A stretch of DNA of 64,000 nucleotides from Camelus dromedarius (taxonomy: Eukaryota). Where the stretch lies: NCBI RefSeq assembly GCF_036321535.1, contig NC_087437.1:70124001-70188000 (forward strand), written 5' to 3'. Both the position numbers and the translations under genes were made by a program. This document shows, piece by piece, positions 1 to 12,240 of the stretch (its first letter is position 1; the number at the start of each line of letters is the position of its first letter). The notes below the pieces were generated by a model. The model ran no database searches and was not told where the DNA came from. It saw only the letters and a list, made by a program, of their open reading frames with translations.

Positions 1-2374
1 TGCACAAATTAAGTACCTCCACAGTATATTGTATAACTACATAATATGTGAAGCTTCATTAATATTTGCCTAAGTGTAACAAGAGATGATTATAACTTAG
101 TTTAAGTAGCTTGGTAGATAATTGTCTCAATGACTAAACAGAAACCTGGGGTCTAGTGGAATGATGACGTATTATCGTGAAACCCATCAGGAAAGTTTAT
201 AGGAGAGGACTGGGCACCAGAGTTAAACAGATCATTTTAAGAAGGTGTTAATGTCGAATAGGTAAACAGAGAGAAAGGTATAAAATGTACAACCCCTGAG
301 AGCTGTAGAAAAAATTTAACTTTGCAAACTAAATTGCAATTCTCAGATATAAATTTCAGAGGTTCCAACAGTCATCACTTCAGTCTTAGGAAAGCTCTCA
401 CCACTGTTTTGCCTGTGTGAAGGGAGAAATATACATAAAAGCAAGGTACAATGATTAAGGAGTTATGCAACATACAAGTAGAAACCATTTCTCTCAAATA
501 CCAAAACTACAGAAACAGGTATCATGAGATGAATGTGACATAATAAGCCTCTCCCCCAGAACACTAAATGTCCACATCCTCTAAGTCAGTCTTCTTTTTA
601 TCAACCTTCCTTCATCTAGAGTTCAAACTGGAAATAATTCAATGAACTAATCTGTATTAAATACTATATTTGCTCCATCAGGGTATTTGTATTTTATTTA
701 GGACCTGTCCCTCTGGCCAAATAGATGATGCTGTACTAGTTCTCACCCAAGTGTCAGTGAGAGTCAGATGAGGAGATTCATTTTTGAGTAGTTAGGGAAG
801 GAGGTGTAGAGAAGGAAGCAGAGAGGACTTCAAATAGCTCCTTAGAGCATCATCATAGTTAGCACTTTCACTATCTTTTGCAAAGTAATCTCTACACACC
901 TGACTGGGTGAAAAATGGTACATACCAAGTACTTATTGAAGCTGTCAATTAGCTGTCCTTTGGACACATGGTGTGACTTTGAAGGACCTAGAAAATGTGA
1001 GGAAGGGTGGGATACAGGCAAGTAGATCAAGGAAGAGTTCATGGTGCAAGTTCCCGTTTCTGGAATCAGGGTCAGGAGACATGGACTTGAGTACGCTATA
1101 ACAAAAAGTTTGGGCAATTCACTTTCCCTTTTTGTGTTATATCATCTGTAGGGTCAAAGCACCATTTTTTTTAAAGGCAAAATCATGTCACTCATACACA
1201 TCCAAGATTTTGATAAGGGAAGCAATAAGATATTACAACTGGTTCAAAAGAGAATGCGCAGTGCCACACAACTATAGTCAGATAAGGAATGCTGAATTTA
1301 CAAATGCAAAACTAGTAAAACTGCTCTATATCCATAGGGTTATAATTAACTGCACTCTACCAGATGCATTCCTAGAAATAAGAATTATTTGCATTACTAT
1401 CAGTTTTTCATAAATTAACTTTTGTCTTGGCAGAGTTGTAAAAGATCCTTACCAAAGGTAAGAATCAATCAGGGCACTCACCATATTTTAGTCTTTCACA
1501 ATTTTTCTTTATATTAGGCTAGAGGATCTCTTGGGCTCTTTCCAGTTCTAAAGTTCGATTAGTTTCCACAACCAATAAAGGGAAAAGTAGGAGAGAAAAA
1601 AAGGGTAAAAGAGGCAATAAAATGAGAATTCTGAAAAAAAATTAACTTATACTCTGCTAATCTGGTCTTGCCACCAGTAACCTTCCTTCTGTCTCAGAAT
1701 CTGGAATTGTGTGCTTATTATTAATAGATACCATACTAGTTTAAATAGAAAGGGGGAAAATCATAAATCACAAGAGACTCTAAATGTATTATACTCATGG
1801 CTAAATGGCAAAGCCTTCATTGCACACTCACTGGATGCCAATGAAACACCATGATCCTTGGTTGAAGTAAAATTTGTTGATTAGACTGACAAGGGTAATT
1901 AATGCTTCTGTAGAAAAGCCCTGATCCCAGTTACTTTATGTCACATGAAAGAAAATTCCCCTATTCACTCCTCCCTCATCTGCAGTTAATATTGAGTTAT
2001 GAATCACACAATGACAGCCCTGCAGAGACAAGCAAAGTGGGGGCCAGGTGACCCCTGCAGCAAAGCACACAGCCAGGACTGCAGGAAATGGCAAGTTCAC
2101 CTTACCAGAGCACAGCTGAGCAGAGCTTCTTTCATAGGTTGTGGTCCAAGAGAAGGATATCCAGGGCTCTTCTGAGGCTATGGGTTATATTAGCGTCTGT
2201 GAGCTATTTAGCCAGGTTTATTCCTCTCCCCTCGCCTGCTCTCATCCCCTCTTCTTTTCTCTCTTTCATCAGAGCATGCCATTTAGTAGCAAGCCACACC
2301 ATTAGTGCTGTGACTGAAAGGAACAATTACATGGAGCTCATATAGGAGTTATTTAAATTAGCATATTTTAATTT

Positions 2375-2565
2375 GCTAACATTTATTGAACACTTTCTTT
2401 ATGTCAGGCATACTATGTTCATTATCTCATTTAATCCACTCAACAAACCCTTAAGTTAGACTCTGATATTATCTCATCTTATCAGTGAAGATGGTAATTA
2501 ACTTGCCTAAAGTCCTATTGTTAATAAATAGCAAAGTCAGTCCTCAGACCTGAGTCTGGCTGATA
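2375..2565 (-). mobile_element. MIR SINE
   Basis: Reverse-complement MIR core and 3' end: aacatttattgaacact...tatctcatttaatcc...aattaacttgcctaaagtc. Confidence 0.75.
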
Positions 2566-4389
2566 ACCAGACTCCCCATAAGTATTATACACATAGCTTC
2601 ATTCCCACCATTCATCCCTACTGAGCCCTAACCCTACTTGTGGGCAGGTAAAGAGTGATTCTACTGCCCTCAAAAAGATAAATGGTAGATTATTTTATGT
2701 TCTCCCATGCTGAGCATGACCAGACACACTCTCTCCAGGCTGTGGTAAACATATACCCAGAGCACATGTGTGCAGGGAGAAACTGAAGATCTTAGGACAC
2801 CACAGAACTGATGCTGCTCTACTTCCCACTCAATGCTACCTTTTTTCCCCCCAATGAGCCTACCCTAACAAAGAGAAGAAAGCAGGGTTTGCTTTTTACC
2901 ACAGTTTGTTCTGGGCAGTAAGGTTTTACTTGAGTAGAATAAGTAAATACAATGAGGTCTGAGAGTTCTTTGCAAGATATCATAACACTACCTATCAGAG
3001 TTTTATAGTTCTCATTATTAAAAATTCCCTCTGCAAGAAATTCTTTCCTTTGTGGTCAGTATTGCTAGGCAATAAAATTAGATCAGATTTTGGAGGAAGG
3101 CAAATCTCACCTGCATCCTTTACTAACTTGGTAAATTCCTAACCACTCTTGAGCCCACTTTCTCATTTGTGAAAGGATAACCTAGGACTGATCAAAAAAA
3201 TTCTCCTATCCAAAAGTTGTTTAAATTTCATCTTGCAAGGCAAAATGCAAATCCCCCTGAAATTACTACTACTTTATTGCTATTTAGTTAACAAGATAAT
3301 CTTTCTCTTCAATATACCTGGAGAAAATGATTGTTCTGATCAAAAAAAGTGGGGGGGGACCTCAAAAATGGAAAGAATGAACATGAAAGAGTGAAATGGA
3401 AAAAGTACCAAAGATACATTTTCCTTAAATCACAAAACTCACCTGGAGAGGAGAGGTGATTCCAAACCTGTATCATAGGTGGTAAAGAGAATAGGTGAGG
3501 GAAAGGACGTTAATACAAAGGATTGATAATGTGAAGGACACTAAAGCAGCCTATGTTTATTGCAGCAAAAATCTTTTCTCTAATCCTACAATATCACCTT
3601 CAGGCTTTATACACATCTTGAACACAACAGAATTTCAGGACCACACAGAGCCCTAGGGCAACATTGTATTTAAAAAGTCATCACTGCATCTTTAGACAAT
3701 ACAAACCAGATATGCTGCGTTCATATTTTATTTTGTCTTTCAGTTACAAAAAAGATACCTGGTACATCAACCAATTAGCAGAACACAGTGTGAGTCAAAA
3801 GGCTAACTACCAGCCTGGAAGACTGTTGAGGTCAAAAAAAGCAATACAAGAAACATCATCTATCACTGTCCCTTCCAGCCCACTTTGTTACCAGCATCAC
3901 TCCCCCACAGACATATACTCATGTTCAGTATTTTTTAACTTAACAAAGGAATAGAAGACTTAACCAAACTATGTGTATGACTGTGTACGATTCATTTCTC
4001 TGTTAATTAAGACTGGTGTCTTGCATTGTTGGACTCCCAGGATTCCCCAAGGCCCAACCTGTCACTAGCTCTGTATCACTTCTTTTCTACCGCTCAGTGT
4101 CTCAGTATCTTTTCTCCCTGCTGCCCATATTGGAAAAAATTAAAAAATAATTATAATGGATGAGTCTATTTTGTTTGTGCTTCAAAGAGCTTCCAGGAAC
4201 AAAGCCCAAAAAGAAAGAACCGTACTGGGATGATTCCACATTTAACTAAGATTCCTGGACTCTCAATTGAGAAAAAAATGGCAGAAACATCACAATGAAT
4301 ATTTATTGAGAGCTCACAGGTATGCTAATGCTAGGCTTTTGTTATTTTCACTGGCAGTCACAACCTCAGAGAGAAACAAAGGCACATTT

Positions 4390-4570
4390 TTTATGGAGGA
4401 AAAAAGCATAGGGGTAGAAGTCAAAAGACAGGGATTGTGCTTCAGAATCTGATAACATTTGATTTCAGTGCTAAGTTCTTCCCTCTGAATAGAGTTTACC
4501 TGACCACCTTAAAGGGTTATGTGAGAATCAAGAGAGATAATTTATAGAAAAGTATTTTATAATATGTTAT
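4390..4570 (+). mobile_element. MIR/MIR3 fragment
   Basis: gggttatgtgagaatcaagagagataat resembles the MIR 3' core; heavily degraded. Confidence 0.5.
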
Positions 4571-5479
4571 TATTATATAAATATATATTAAACTTACATA
4601 AAATCATTAAAAAATAAACACACCTTGAAAATTTAATGAAACGAAGGTGAATACCACCATTGCGATTAATTCCTCTCATCTTATAAAATGTACAACAGCA
4701 GTACAGGGAAAATGAATGTTTAGATAAGTATTCCAGGCTCTGTGTGGTCAGCAGTGCTCACTCACTAGCACAGCACCTTACCACTCCACCTCAGTCTCCC
4801 AGGACACATGGCTCCAATTCATGCCATTCAGCAAAAGTAAAGTATATGTAATTTTTCAGTATTGCTTATGAACATCAGAAACATTCCAATGTCAAACGCA
4901 CCTATGCCAAAGGCTGAAGTATGGTGGCAGAGGAAGTGTTTCCAATGACAGTGTAGTCAGCACACAATGTCAAAATTATTCTCAAATTACTTTTGCCCTG
5001 TCTAAGCCTTCCTGTCCATTTCATAAGTTTGACAGGTGTGGGAATAGCTGGGGAACAGAAAATACTTCCCACTCATTTTCAGATTTCCAAGGCAGGAAGG
5101 GTAGATATCCTAGTTTTTGGAAACATTGAAATACTATTTAAAATAAATAAAACTATATAGAGTGTGGTTAAATGCTCTTTATATCAATTAAAATGCAATA
5201 TTTTAATCAGAAATAGAAAAATTTATAACACTGAAAATTTTAGTATTTTAATATAACTTAACCAACAGTAATACTTTAATCACTTCATTTTTATCTAGCT
5301 GACATTTTTCGTGCTGTCTACACAAAATTTACTGATATATGTCAACCCTGCATCATTTCGCCTCACTTGTGGCATAGACTCCAATTGAGGTAGCTGCACA
5401 GTTCACAGTGATTAGTATTTCTCTAACTATACTCAGTATAGAGGAGTGGGTCCCATAAACTATGTCTATACTATGAGAC

Positions 5480-5780
5480 GCTGTCCTCAGTTTTATTTGA
5501 CTGATTTAGGGTGGACACTTACCCTAAAATTTTCTCCCAGAAATTTACTATACTTTTGAAGTAAGAGGCACAATTACTTTGGGCCAAGTATTGGTTCATT
5601 GAAGAATCCACTAACTGAATTCTCTAGGACTTACCCAGATCCTACTCCCAATGGCTGGTTGCCCAATTCTTCCTTGGAATCTGTAAGGTAGTCCAGTATA
5701 TGTCCAATTAATTCCTTTGTAGCCTAAGTTATCTAGAATTGATATAGCTACTTCCAGTCAAAAGAGTCTTACTATAGAAA
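5480..5780 (+). mobile_element. Old MLT1 (J/K/L-like) LTR fragment
   Basis: 3' end aattaattcctttgtagcctaagtta...acttccagtcaaaagagtcttactata resembles the MLT1K-type terminus. Confidence 0.45.
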
Positions 5781-5812
5781 TTGTTACACAAGTTTATTTT
5801 TCTTTTGCTTAT

Positions 5813-6402
5813 TGTAGTAGGCAGAATTCTAAAATAGCCCCCAAATTCCCGCACTGTGTTACGCACTCCGGGTGTAATTCCCTCCCCTTGAGTGGAGGCA
5901 GAACCTGTGAATATGATGAGATACCACTGCTATAATTAAGTCACTAATAAGTTGACTTTAAATTAACCAAAAGGGAGATTATCTGGGTGGGCTTGACCCA
6001 ATTAGATGAACTCTTAAAGGAGACTGGGTCATTTCTGAAGTTATAGATATTTTAAGTACTAATGGAGCAGACCATGTGACAAGGAATTGTGGGTGGCCTC
6101 TAGGATTTCAAAGTGTACCTTGGCTAAGAGCCAGCAAGAGTGTGGGGGCCTCAGTCTTACAACCATTAGGAACCACAAGGTTGGATTCTGCCAACAACTA
6201 CATGAGCTTGAAAGAACACTTCAACTTCCAGGAAGGAATGCAAAATCAACATCTTGATTTTTGCCTCATGAGACCTTGAGGAAAGACCTAGCTAACCTAT
6301 GCCCAGACTGTTGACTCGCAAAAACTATGAGATATTAAATTATGCTGTTTGCAAGCCACTAAGTTTGTGGGAATTTGTTATACAGCAATAGAAACCAATA
6401 TA
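5813..6402 (+). mobile_element. MLT1E-like ERVL-MaLR solo LTR
   Basis: Starts tgtagtaggcagaattctaaaatagccccc and ends aagccactaagtttgtgggaatttgttatacagcaatagaaaccaatata; 5-bp flanks cttat/gttat form a TSD with 1 mismatch. Confidence 0.9.
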
Positions 6403-7149
6403 GTTATCCATTATTTTCCCTGAGATGACTTGTGATTTCTTTCCTATCTCTGCAATTACTTGAAAATTGTCATAGGTCTCAGTAGTTATACCACTGGAAC
6501 ACTTTTCTACTTTCTACTTCCTCTCTTCTTCAGCTTCTCATATCAACACCTCTGTCCACACCTGGTTCAGCTTGTCTCAGAGTTTGAACCAATTAGCCAA
6601 GGCTAGGAGAATTAACCAATTATGGTCCAGAACCTTGGAGAGCAGTCCCTGTACTGCCTGCCAATCCCTTCCTCCATATCTCTACTCTCCACTTGTCTAT
6701 CTAGTCATAGCTCCCTCAGGCATGTCAATTCTGTTGTACCATCTGTATTCTTACTATTTCATGCTATCTGTCCTCAGTACCTACAGTCAGTAACCAACAG
6801 AGGAATAAGATTGCTACATGGGTCAATGTCTGCTTCTGTCCATCATTCAGACTTGCCTTCTCCAGGAAAATTCCTATACTAATCCAGTCTGCACTGACCT
6901 TTCTCACACATTATCTTTTACAGTATATGTATAAACCATACAACTTGTATAAATGTTCTTAATCCCCTCCCCCTATCTAATGTTCTCTTTTCTTAACATG
7001 GTCATAACTAAATTTTTCAGGGAAGGAATCATATTTTGTACATTTGTATAGCCTCAAGTACAAATCAGTAAGTCTTTACCAATAGATTGTGCCATACATA
7101 GAAACACCAACTTTAGTTTTGGAGGAAGACAACTAAAATTTTGATGAGG

Positions 7150-7230
7150 AAAGAATTCCACCCCCAGTGTATACTGCCTTTATAATCCTCTTTCCTTGAG
7201 TGTGGGCAGAACCTGTAAATATACTGGGAA
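7150..7230 (+). mobile_element. Short MLT1E-like 5' fragment
   Basis: ccttgagtgtgggcagaacctgtaaatat closely matches 5887-5914 of the upstream LTR. Confidence 0.65.
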
Positions 7231-8042
7231 TTAAAATATCAAACTATGATTTTGTGGCAAATTCATTAATTAAATTCTGTCTTAGACCTAGGTCTAGAAA
7301 GCTCAAACTTTTTCAAACATCAGAATGATAGGAGAATCACAGAAGCAGAGGGTTACATCAGAGTGAACAAAGCTCCCTGAGCTTCCTTCTGTTTCTTGGT
7401 GGGGTAGGGTATCTAGGGTGGTAGTGTGGCAGGCAGTCAGCATGGGGAAAGGAATCAGCTAGATCCTTTTGGAGGAGTTTCCCAAGAGTTTATCTACCCT
7501 GTAGAAATGGCCATGAATGTGACCAGGTACACTCTGTGCTTCCATATAGGACAAAACTATGCTCCTTAGCAAAGCAGAATTGCACAGACTCATTGTGAGA
7601 GTTCTGGGTACTTAAATTCTTGCTTGTGTAATCCCTCTATTTCTGAACCTCCACCTCAGATTATGTAACTCTTATTATCTGACCCTGTATTGTAGGACCT
7701 AAGAATTTTCTATTTCTGTTAATTTAGGGACTTTCTGAGAACAGGCATGATCATGTTCTGCCACACGTTTAGAAAGGTCAGTTCTTTAGTTGCTATACAA
7801 GCTTCTTGGAACTGACCAAAAAAATAAAAATAAAAATTTGTCCTCAAATTAAAGTGATACATATAAACTGTAATTATAATACAACATGAGAAGTGGAAAT
7901 ACACAATGGAAATACAGACAAATTGCTATGGTAGAATGGAGACAAATGGAAATAACTTCTCCCGGGGATGGTTTTAGTTTGAAAGAGAAATGACAGAACA
8001 AATTGGAAAAAAATCATACAGATAGAAGTTTAAAAAGCTAGG

Positions 8043-8180
8043 TGTTTGGTAGGGGATGTTGATAATGGGGAAAGCTATGCATTTGCAGAAGCAGAGGATA
8101 TAGCGGAAATCTCAGGCCCTTTCTCTTAATTTTGTTGTGAATCTAAAACTGCTACTTAAAAAATAAAATCTTTTAAAAGA
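8043..8180 (+). mobile_element. L1MC-type LINE-1 3' end
   Basis: ggggatgttgataatggggaaagctatgc...aattttgttgtgaatctaaaactgct followed by an A-rich tail; the same motif recurs at 55030-55140. Confidence 0.8.
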
Positions 8181-8739
8181 AAATGAATAGGGAATTAAAT
8201 AAAATAAAAATTTTAAGAAGTTAGATATTTTTACAAATAATACCAAACAGTAAACAAAAACTAAAAATTCCTGACTGAACCATTTAATGTGGGGAAAGAC
8301 CCAGAACTCATTAAAAAGATTACATGTGCCAAGGACTCATTAAGAACAATGAGGGCCAAGAGTCATGTTACGGAGTTTAGAGTCAGGTGGCATTGCCTCT
8401 TTCCCCAGACCATTTTCCACACTTTCTGCTCTGTAGGAGGAATAACATTGAGTGGTGCTTTATTTACATGTCAAACTAAAATGGCATTGATCCAAACAGA
8501 CACCGACACAGAATTGCAGAGAAAGCCCCTGCTGAGCCAGTGCTGGCAAAGGAGGACACCAACAAAAGAACAACTGAAGCCAGGAAGAACAGGAAGTGTG
8601 TGGGCATAGGTGTGTGGGATAGGACATCAACACCATGAGTCAATGCTGGAGGACAGGTGGGGGTGGCCACACACACAGGGAAGACAGAGGAAGTGGTCCC
8701 AATGTATATGTTAATGGAAGAGAGATGAACTAAAGCAAA

Positions 8740-8868
8740 GAAGTTAAGTTACAGGATACAGAAGGAAGGAAGAGAAAGAGAAACAAGCAGAGTCCAAGAA
8801 GTAGACAGTAACAGAGGTTCAAAAAGAGAGACAGAGACAAGAATATCAGAGAGAGAGAGAGGGAGAGA
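8740..8868. repeat. Purine-rich (GA) low-complexity tract
   Basis: Strong A/G skew including an (AG)n run at 8848-8860. Confidence 0.7.
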
Positions 8869-10164
8869 TATTATCCACAGTGGCAGCTCAGTGGGGCAAA
8901 ATTCTACTGTTTGCCTCTGGGTTTCACAGGACTGTCCATTCAGCATGTTCTATAGAACACCATGCCCTAGAAATATTTTCCATTTTTTCAGAACAAGACA
9001 GAACTTTTCTCTGTGTTTTTATCCCTCTCCAACGATTCCGCCACCTTTCCTCCGCATTGTGCAATTTCAGCAATATTTCCCTGTATCTTGACAGCACACA
9101 TGTAACAAGAAACCCATTATGAACACTCCAAAATTTTTAATGAATTTCATAATTTTCTCATGGGGGAATTGGAACTTGTAAAAGGGACATGTTTAGCCAA
9201 TTCTTTAAAGGTAACTTTTGTCACTTGGGAAGAGAGGCACATTAATTACCCTCTTGTGATCAAGCAACAACTCCTATTAGGATAGGCAAGAACCAGGCAA
9301 GCGATATCTGCAGCTATATTAGCTAGGGGCAATTTTCACTTTTCACTCCAGTTCAGCCTGTAAAGCCAGAGAGGAATGTAACAAGCAGCACCATCAGGAC
9401 TCACAAATGCAGCTACAATATAATGCAATGGTCAGACTTAAGAGTCATTTCTGGCTTTTGAAGACCCACCACAGGGGAATGGAGGCAGAGCAGCACGCCT
9501 TCTTACTAAGGAAGAAACTTAACTTACAAGGAGAAAGGGATAACTGACAAAAGTTTTTTTGCCTTCTCTTTGCAATTTCTGGAGTCACCTTCTTCTCTCT
9601 CTAGCCCTTATTAGGAAAATGTGAGTGTCTGTTTCTCCAAATGCTGTAAAATCATATAATCATCTTCTAAACATATGAACTGAACTACGAAGGCAGTTTA
9701 GCCCAATAGCCTACTTACAGTGGAATCTCATCAAACAGAAAAGAAAAACAGGCCCATAAAAGTGAAGAAAAAAAATGAGATTCCTTCATTGGGCCACTGA
9801 TTTATGATAACATATTCTCTAATGTTTCTCCTAGGCTAGCAGTTTCAAGCATCAGGAAAGGGTCAGGAGACTGGGCTGAACTCCAGGTGGGTAAAATATG
9901 CCTAAGAGACTTTTGAAATATCACATCCCCTGGTGAAATCAGAACTAAGAGCTGATCAAATAAAATACCAATCCAAAGGAACTGGGAAGAGAAACAGAAA
10001 CAAGATAGCAAGTGACAAGCCAAGAGAGGAGGGTTCATCCTGGCAGTACCTCCTCAGTGCAAGAGAGGGATTCAGGGCCTTTCTGTAGAACTCATATCCC
10101 TACTCCACCTGAGCAGAGAGGTCTCTGGGAGCAAGAACCTGAGGGCTCTGCACCCTGACCAATG

Positions 10165-10560
10165 ATTTTTCAGCCCTTGCTTGAACTCTTTCAATGTTTA
10201 AAAAATTACAACTTTGCTAGGCAAGCTCTGTGTGCTAGGCTAGGTGTCCATTGCTGGACACCTCTGGTTGCTAGAAAAGATGATCACGTGATCTGAGTCG
10301 GAAAGCTGTGTCTTCTCTCGCTCTGTTCTCTCTTAGAATCACAGTTATCTTTCTGCAGCAGCAGGCCTTGCTATAGTTATTCGTCTTCTCTCAAATCAAG
10401 ATCTTTTATTATTCCTAGTTGTTGTTTTTCCCCCCAAACCTGAGCTTTTGCTGGATTTTTGCTTTCTTCAACTATTTATCCAGGTTCCTGACACCTCTTT
10501 TTGGAGTAATTTCTGATGTTCGACTTGGCATCTTCAGTGTGTGGGTCCATTAACAAAGCC
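10165..10560 (-). mobile_element. L3/CR1 LINE 3' region
   Basis: cagcccttgcttgaactctttcaatg...ccattgctggacacctctggttgctagaaaag...tgagtcggaaagctg resembles the reverse complement of the L3 3' consensus. Confidence 0.6.
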
Positions 10561-11071
10561 AACTGGCTGGTGCTTTCTGTGCACCCATTTAGTTTCTAAC
10601 TAGATCCTTTCTTTTCCTTCTCATAGAAATTATTCACAATTGTATTCAGAACTTTATTTTTCAAGTGTTTCAACCTTTTGAGCCATAGAGTAATATATTA
10701 TTAGAGTGTTTATTTTGGAAGCAGGGATAACATTGTATCACAGTGAAAAAGACAAGCCACAGATCCTGAGGTGCGCAGAGGGCATGTGTTGCTGGGCAAA
10801 TGAACACTACAATAGCTGCCCCCTTTTAGGTAGCCCCTCAGGAGGGTTACTGCATAGAACCGGAGTACAGCAGCACCACATGAGAAGTGGTTGCTGAGCT
10901 GGGCCCATTCAGAAGCTAAGTGGTTTGCTTTGGCAGACCAGGCTTTCAAGGTGAGTGATTCTAACTTTTGCTTCAACAAAATCGCAACTTTCAATGAGTC
11001 ATGGATATTTGGGTGGCTTTAGAGTGGTTACAGTCACAAATGTCAAATCCATAAATGTTAAAAGCCTACAG

Positions 11072-11572
11072 CAGGGATCAAAACACAAATGTTTATAGGA
11101 GCCAGGCAGGAAATATAAATGAGTAACTCAAAATGAATGTAAGACAATAGCAAGTGGCCAAGGCTATATTTAATTGGGAAGGAATAATAATCTTAGTCAT
11201 AGCAAACACTGATACTGCATTTACTTTGTACCAGGCACAGGTTGAAGAACTTCACACATATTAATTTATTTAATTCTCCAAACCATGAGGTTCCCTTATT
11301 ATCTCTCAGTTTAAAGGTAGGAAAACTAAACCACAAAACATTTAAGTTAGAATCAAATACCCCATGAAAAGGAGGCAAATACTACTCAAGCCCAACATTG
11401 TTGTCATTAAGATTAGTGTTCCAATGCTATCAAGTCTTGTGAATTCATAAGAGAAGCTAGAAATTCAAATTTGTATGTGAAATCTTAGTTTTAAATTATG
11501 GCTTATAATCTTTAAACATTTTTTTCAGACCAAACATGTCCAGCATTCAGCCCAGAGGACACTAGTTTGTGT
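11072..11572 (-). mobile_element. MER102-like hAT-Charlie DNA transposon, split by a MIR
   Basis: The left arm cagggatcaaaacacaaatgtttataggagccaggcagg and the right arm gagaagctagaaattcaaatttgtatgtgaaatc...cagcccagaggacactagtttgtg match the two halves of MER102. Confidence 0.75.
11185..11350 (-). mobile_element. MIR nested in MER102
   Basis: tttgtaccaggcacagg...atattaatttatttaattctcc...aggaaaactaaaccaca is reverse-complement MIR. Confidence 0.75.
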
Positions 11573-11695
11573 TTATGGTATTTAGTATACTTTAATAAAG
11601 AGAACTTCCTCAAGAATAATATCTCTTCAGTTAGTATTTTTTGGTATTTTCCTTCTGGAAAACTATAAGGAGAGACAAGATTAAAAAATCCTCAT

Positions 11696-11978
11696 GATGG
11701 TTCAACATATGCAAATCTACGTGATATACCACATCAATGCAAAAAAGGACAAAAATCACATGATCATCTCAATAGATGCAGAAAAAGTGTTTGATAAAAT
11801 TCAACACCTATTCATGGTAAAGACTCTTACCAAAGTGGGTATAGAGGGAACATATCTCAACATAATAAAAGCTATTTATGACAAACCCACAGCCAACATA
11901 ATACTCAATGGTGAAAAGTTGAAAGCCTTCCTGCTAAAATCTGGAACAAGACAAGGATGCCCACTCTCACTGCTACTT
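11696..11978 (+). mobile_element. Isolated LINE-1 ORF2 reverse-transcriptase fragment
   Basis: Translates [19 protein letters not shown]...[25 protein letters not shown]...GTRQGCPLS, canonical L1 RT motifs; no 3' UTR or poly(A) follows. Confidence 0.95.
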
Positions 11979-12240
11979 CCAAAAAGCCCTCCCAGACACC
12001 CTTTCCGTACGTCATGTTCAACTGAGATGTTCTTCTGTGCTCTCACTGCTAACTTTTATCAGTGTTCTCATCACGTGGTACTGCAGTGGTTCTTTAGGTG
12101 TTTGCCCTGCTCCCTTCAACTCCTGCCTCTTGGAGAGAACGGATGGGCCTTTTTATTGCTGTGAATCCGGGACCTGGCAAGTTACTGACAGATGCATAGT
12201 GAGCTGTCAGGAAAAGTTAGTTTCATGAATGGATGAGTAG
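11979..12240 (+). mobile_element. L2 LINE 3' end
   Basis: cctggcaagttactgacagatgcatagtgagctgtcaggaaaagttagtttcatgaatggatga resembles the L2 terminus. Confidence 0.55.

Noticed and set aside
11694..12164. Longest ORF (156 aa) as a gene
   Set aside because: The N-terminal part is L1 ORF2 RT and the rest is read-through into an L2 fragment; not a host gene.
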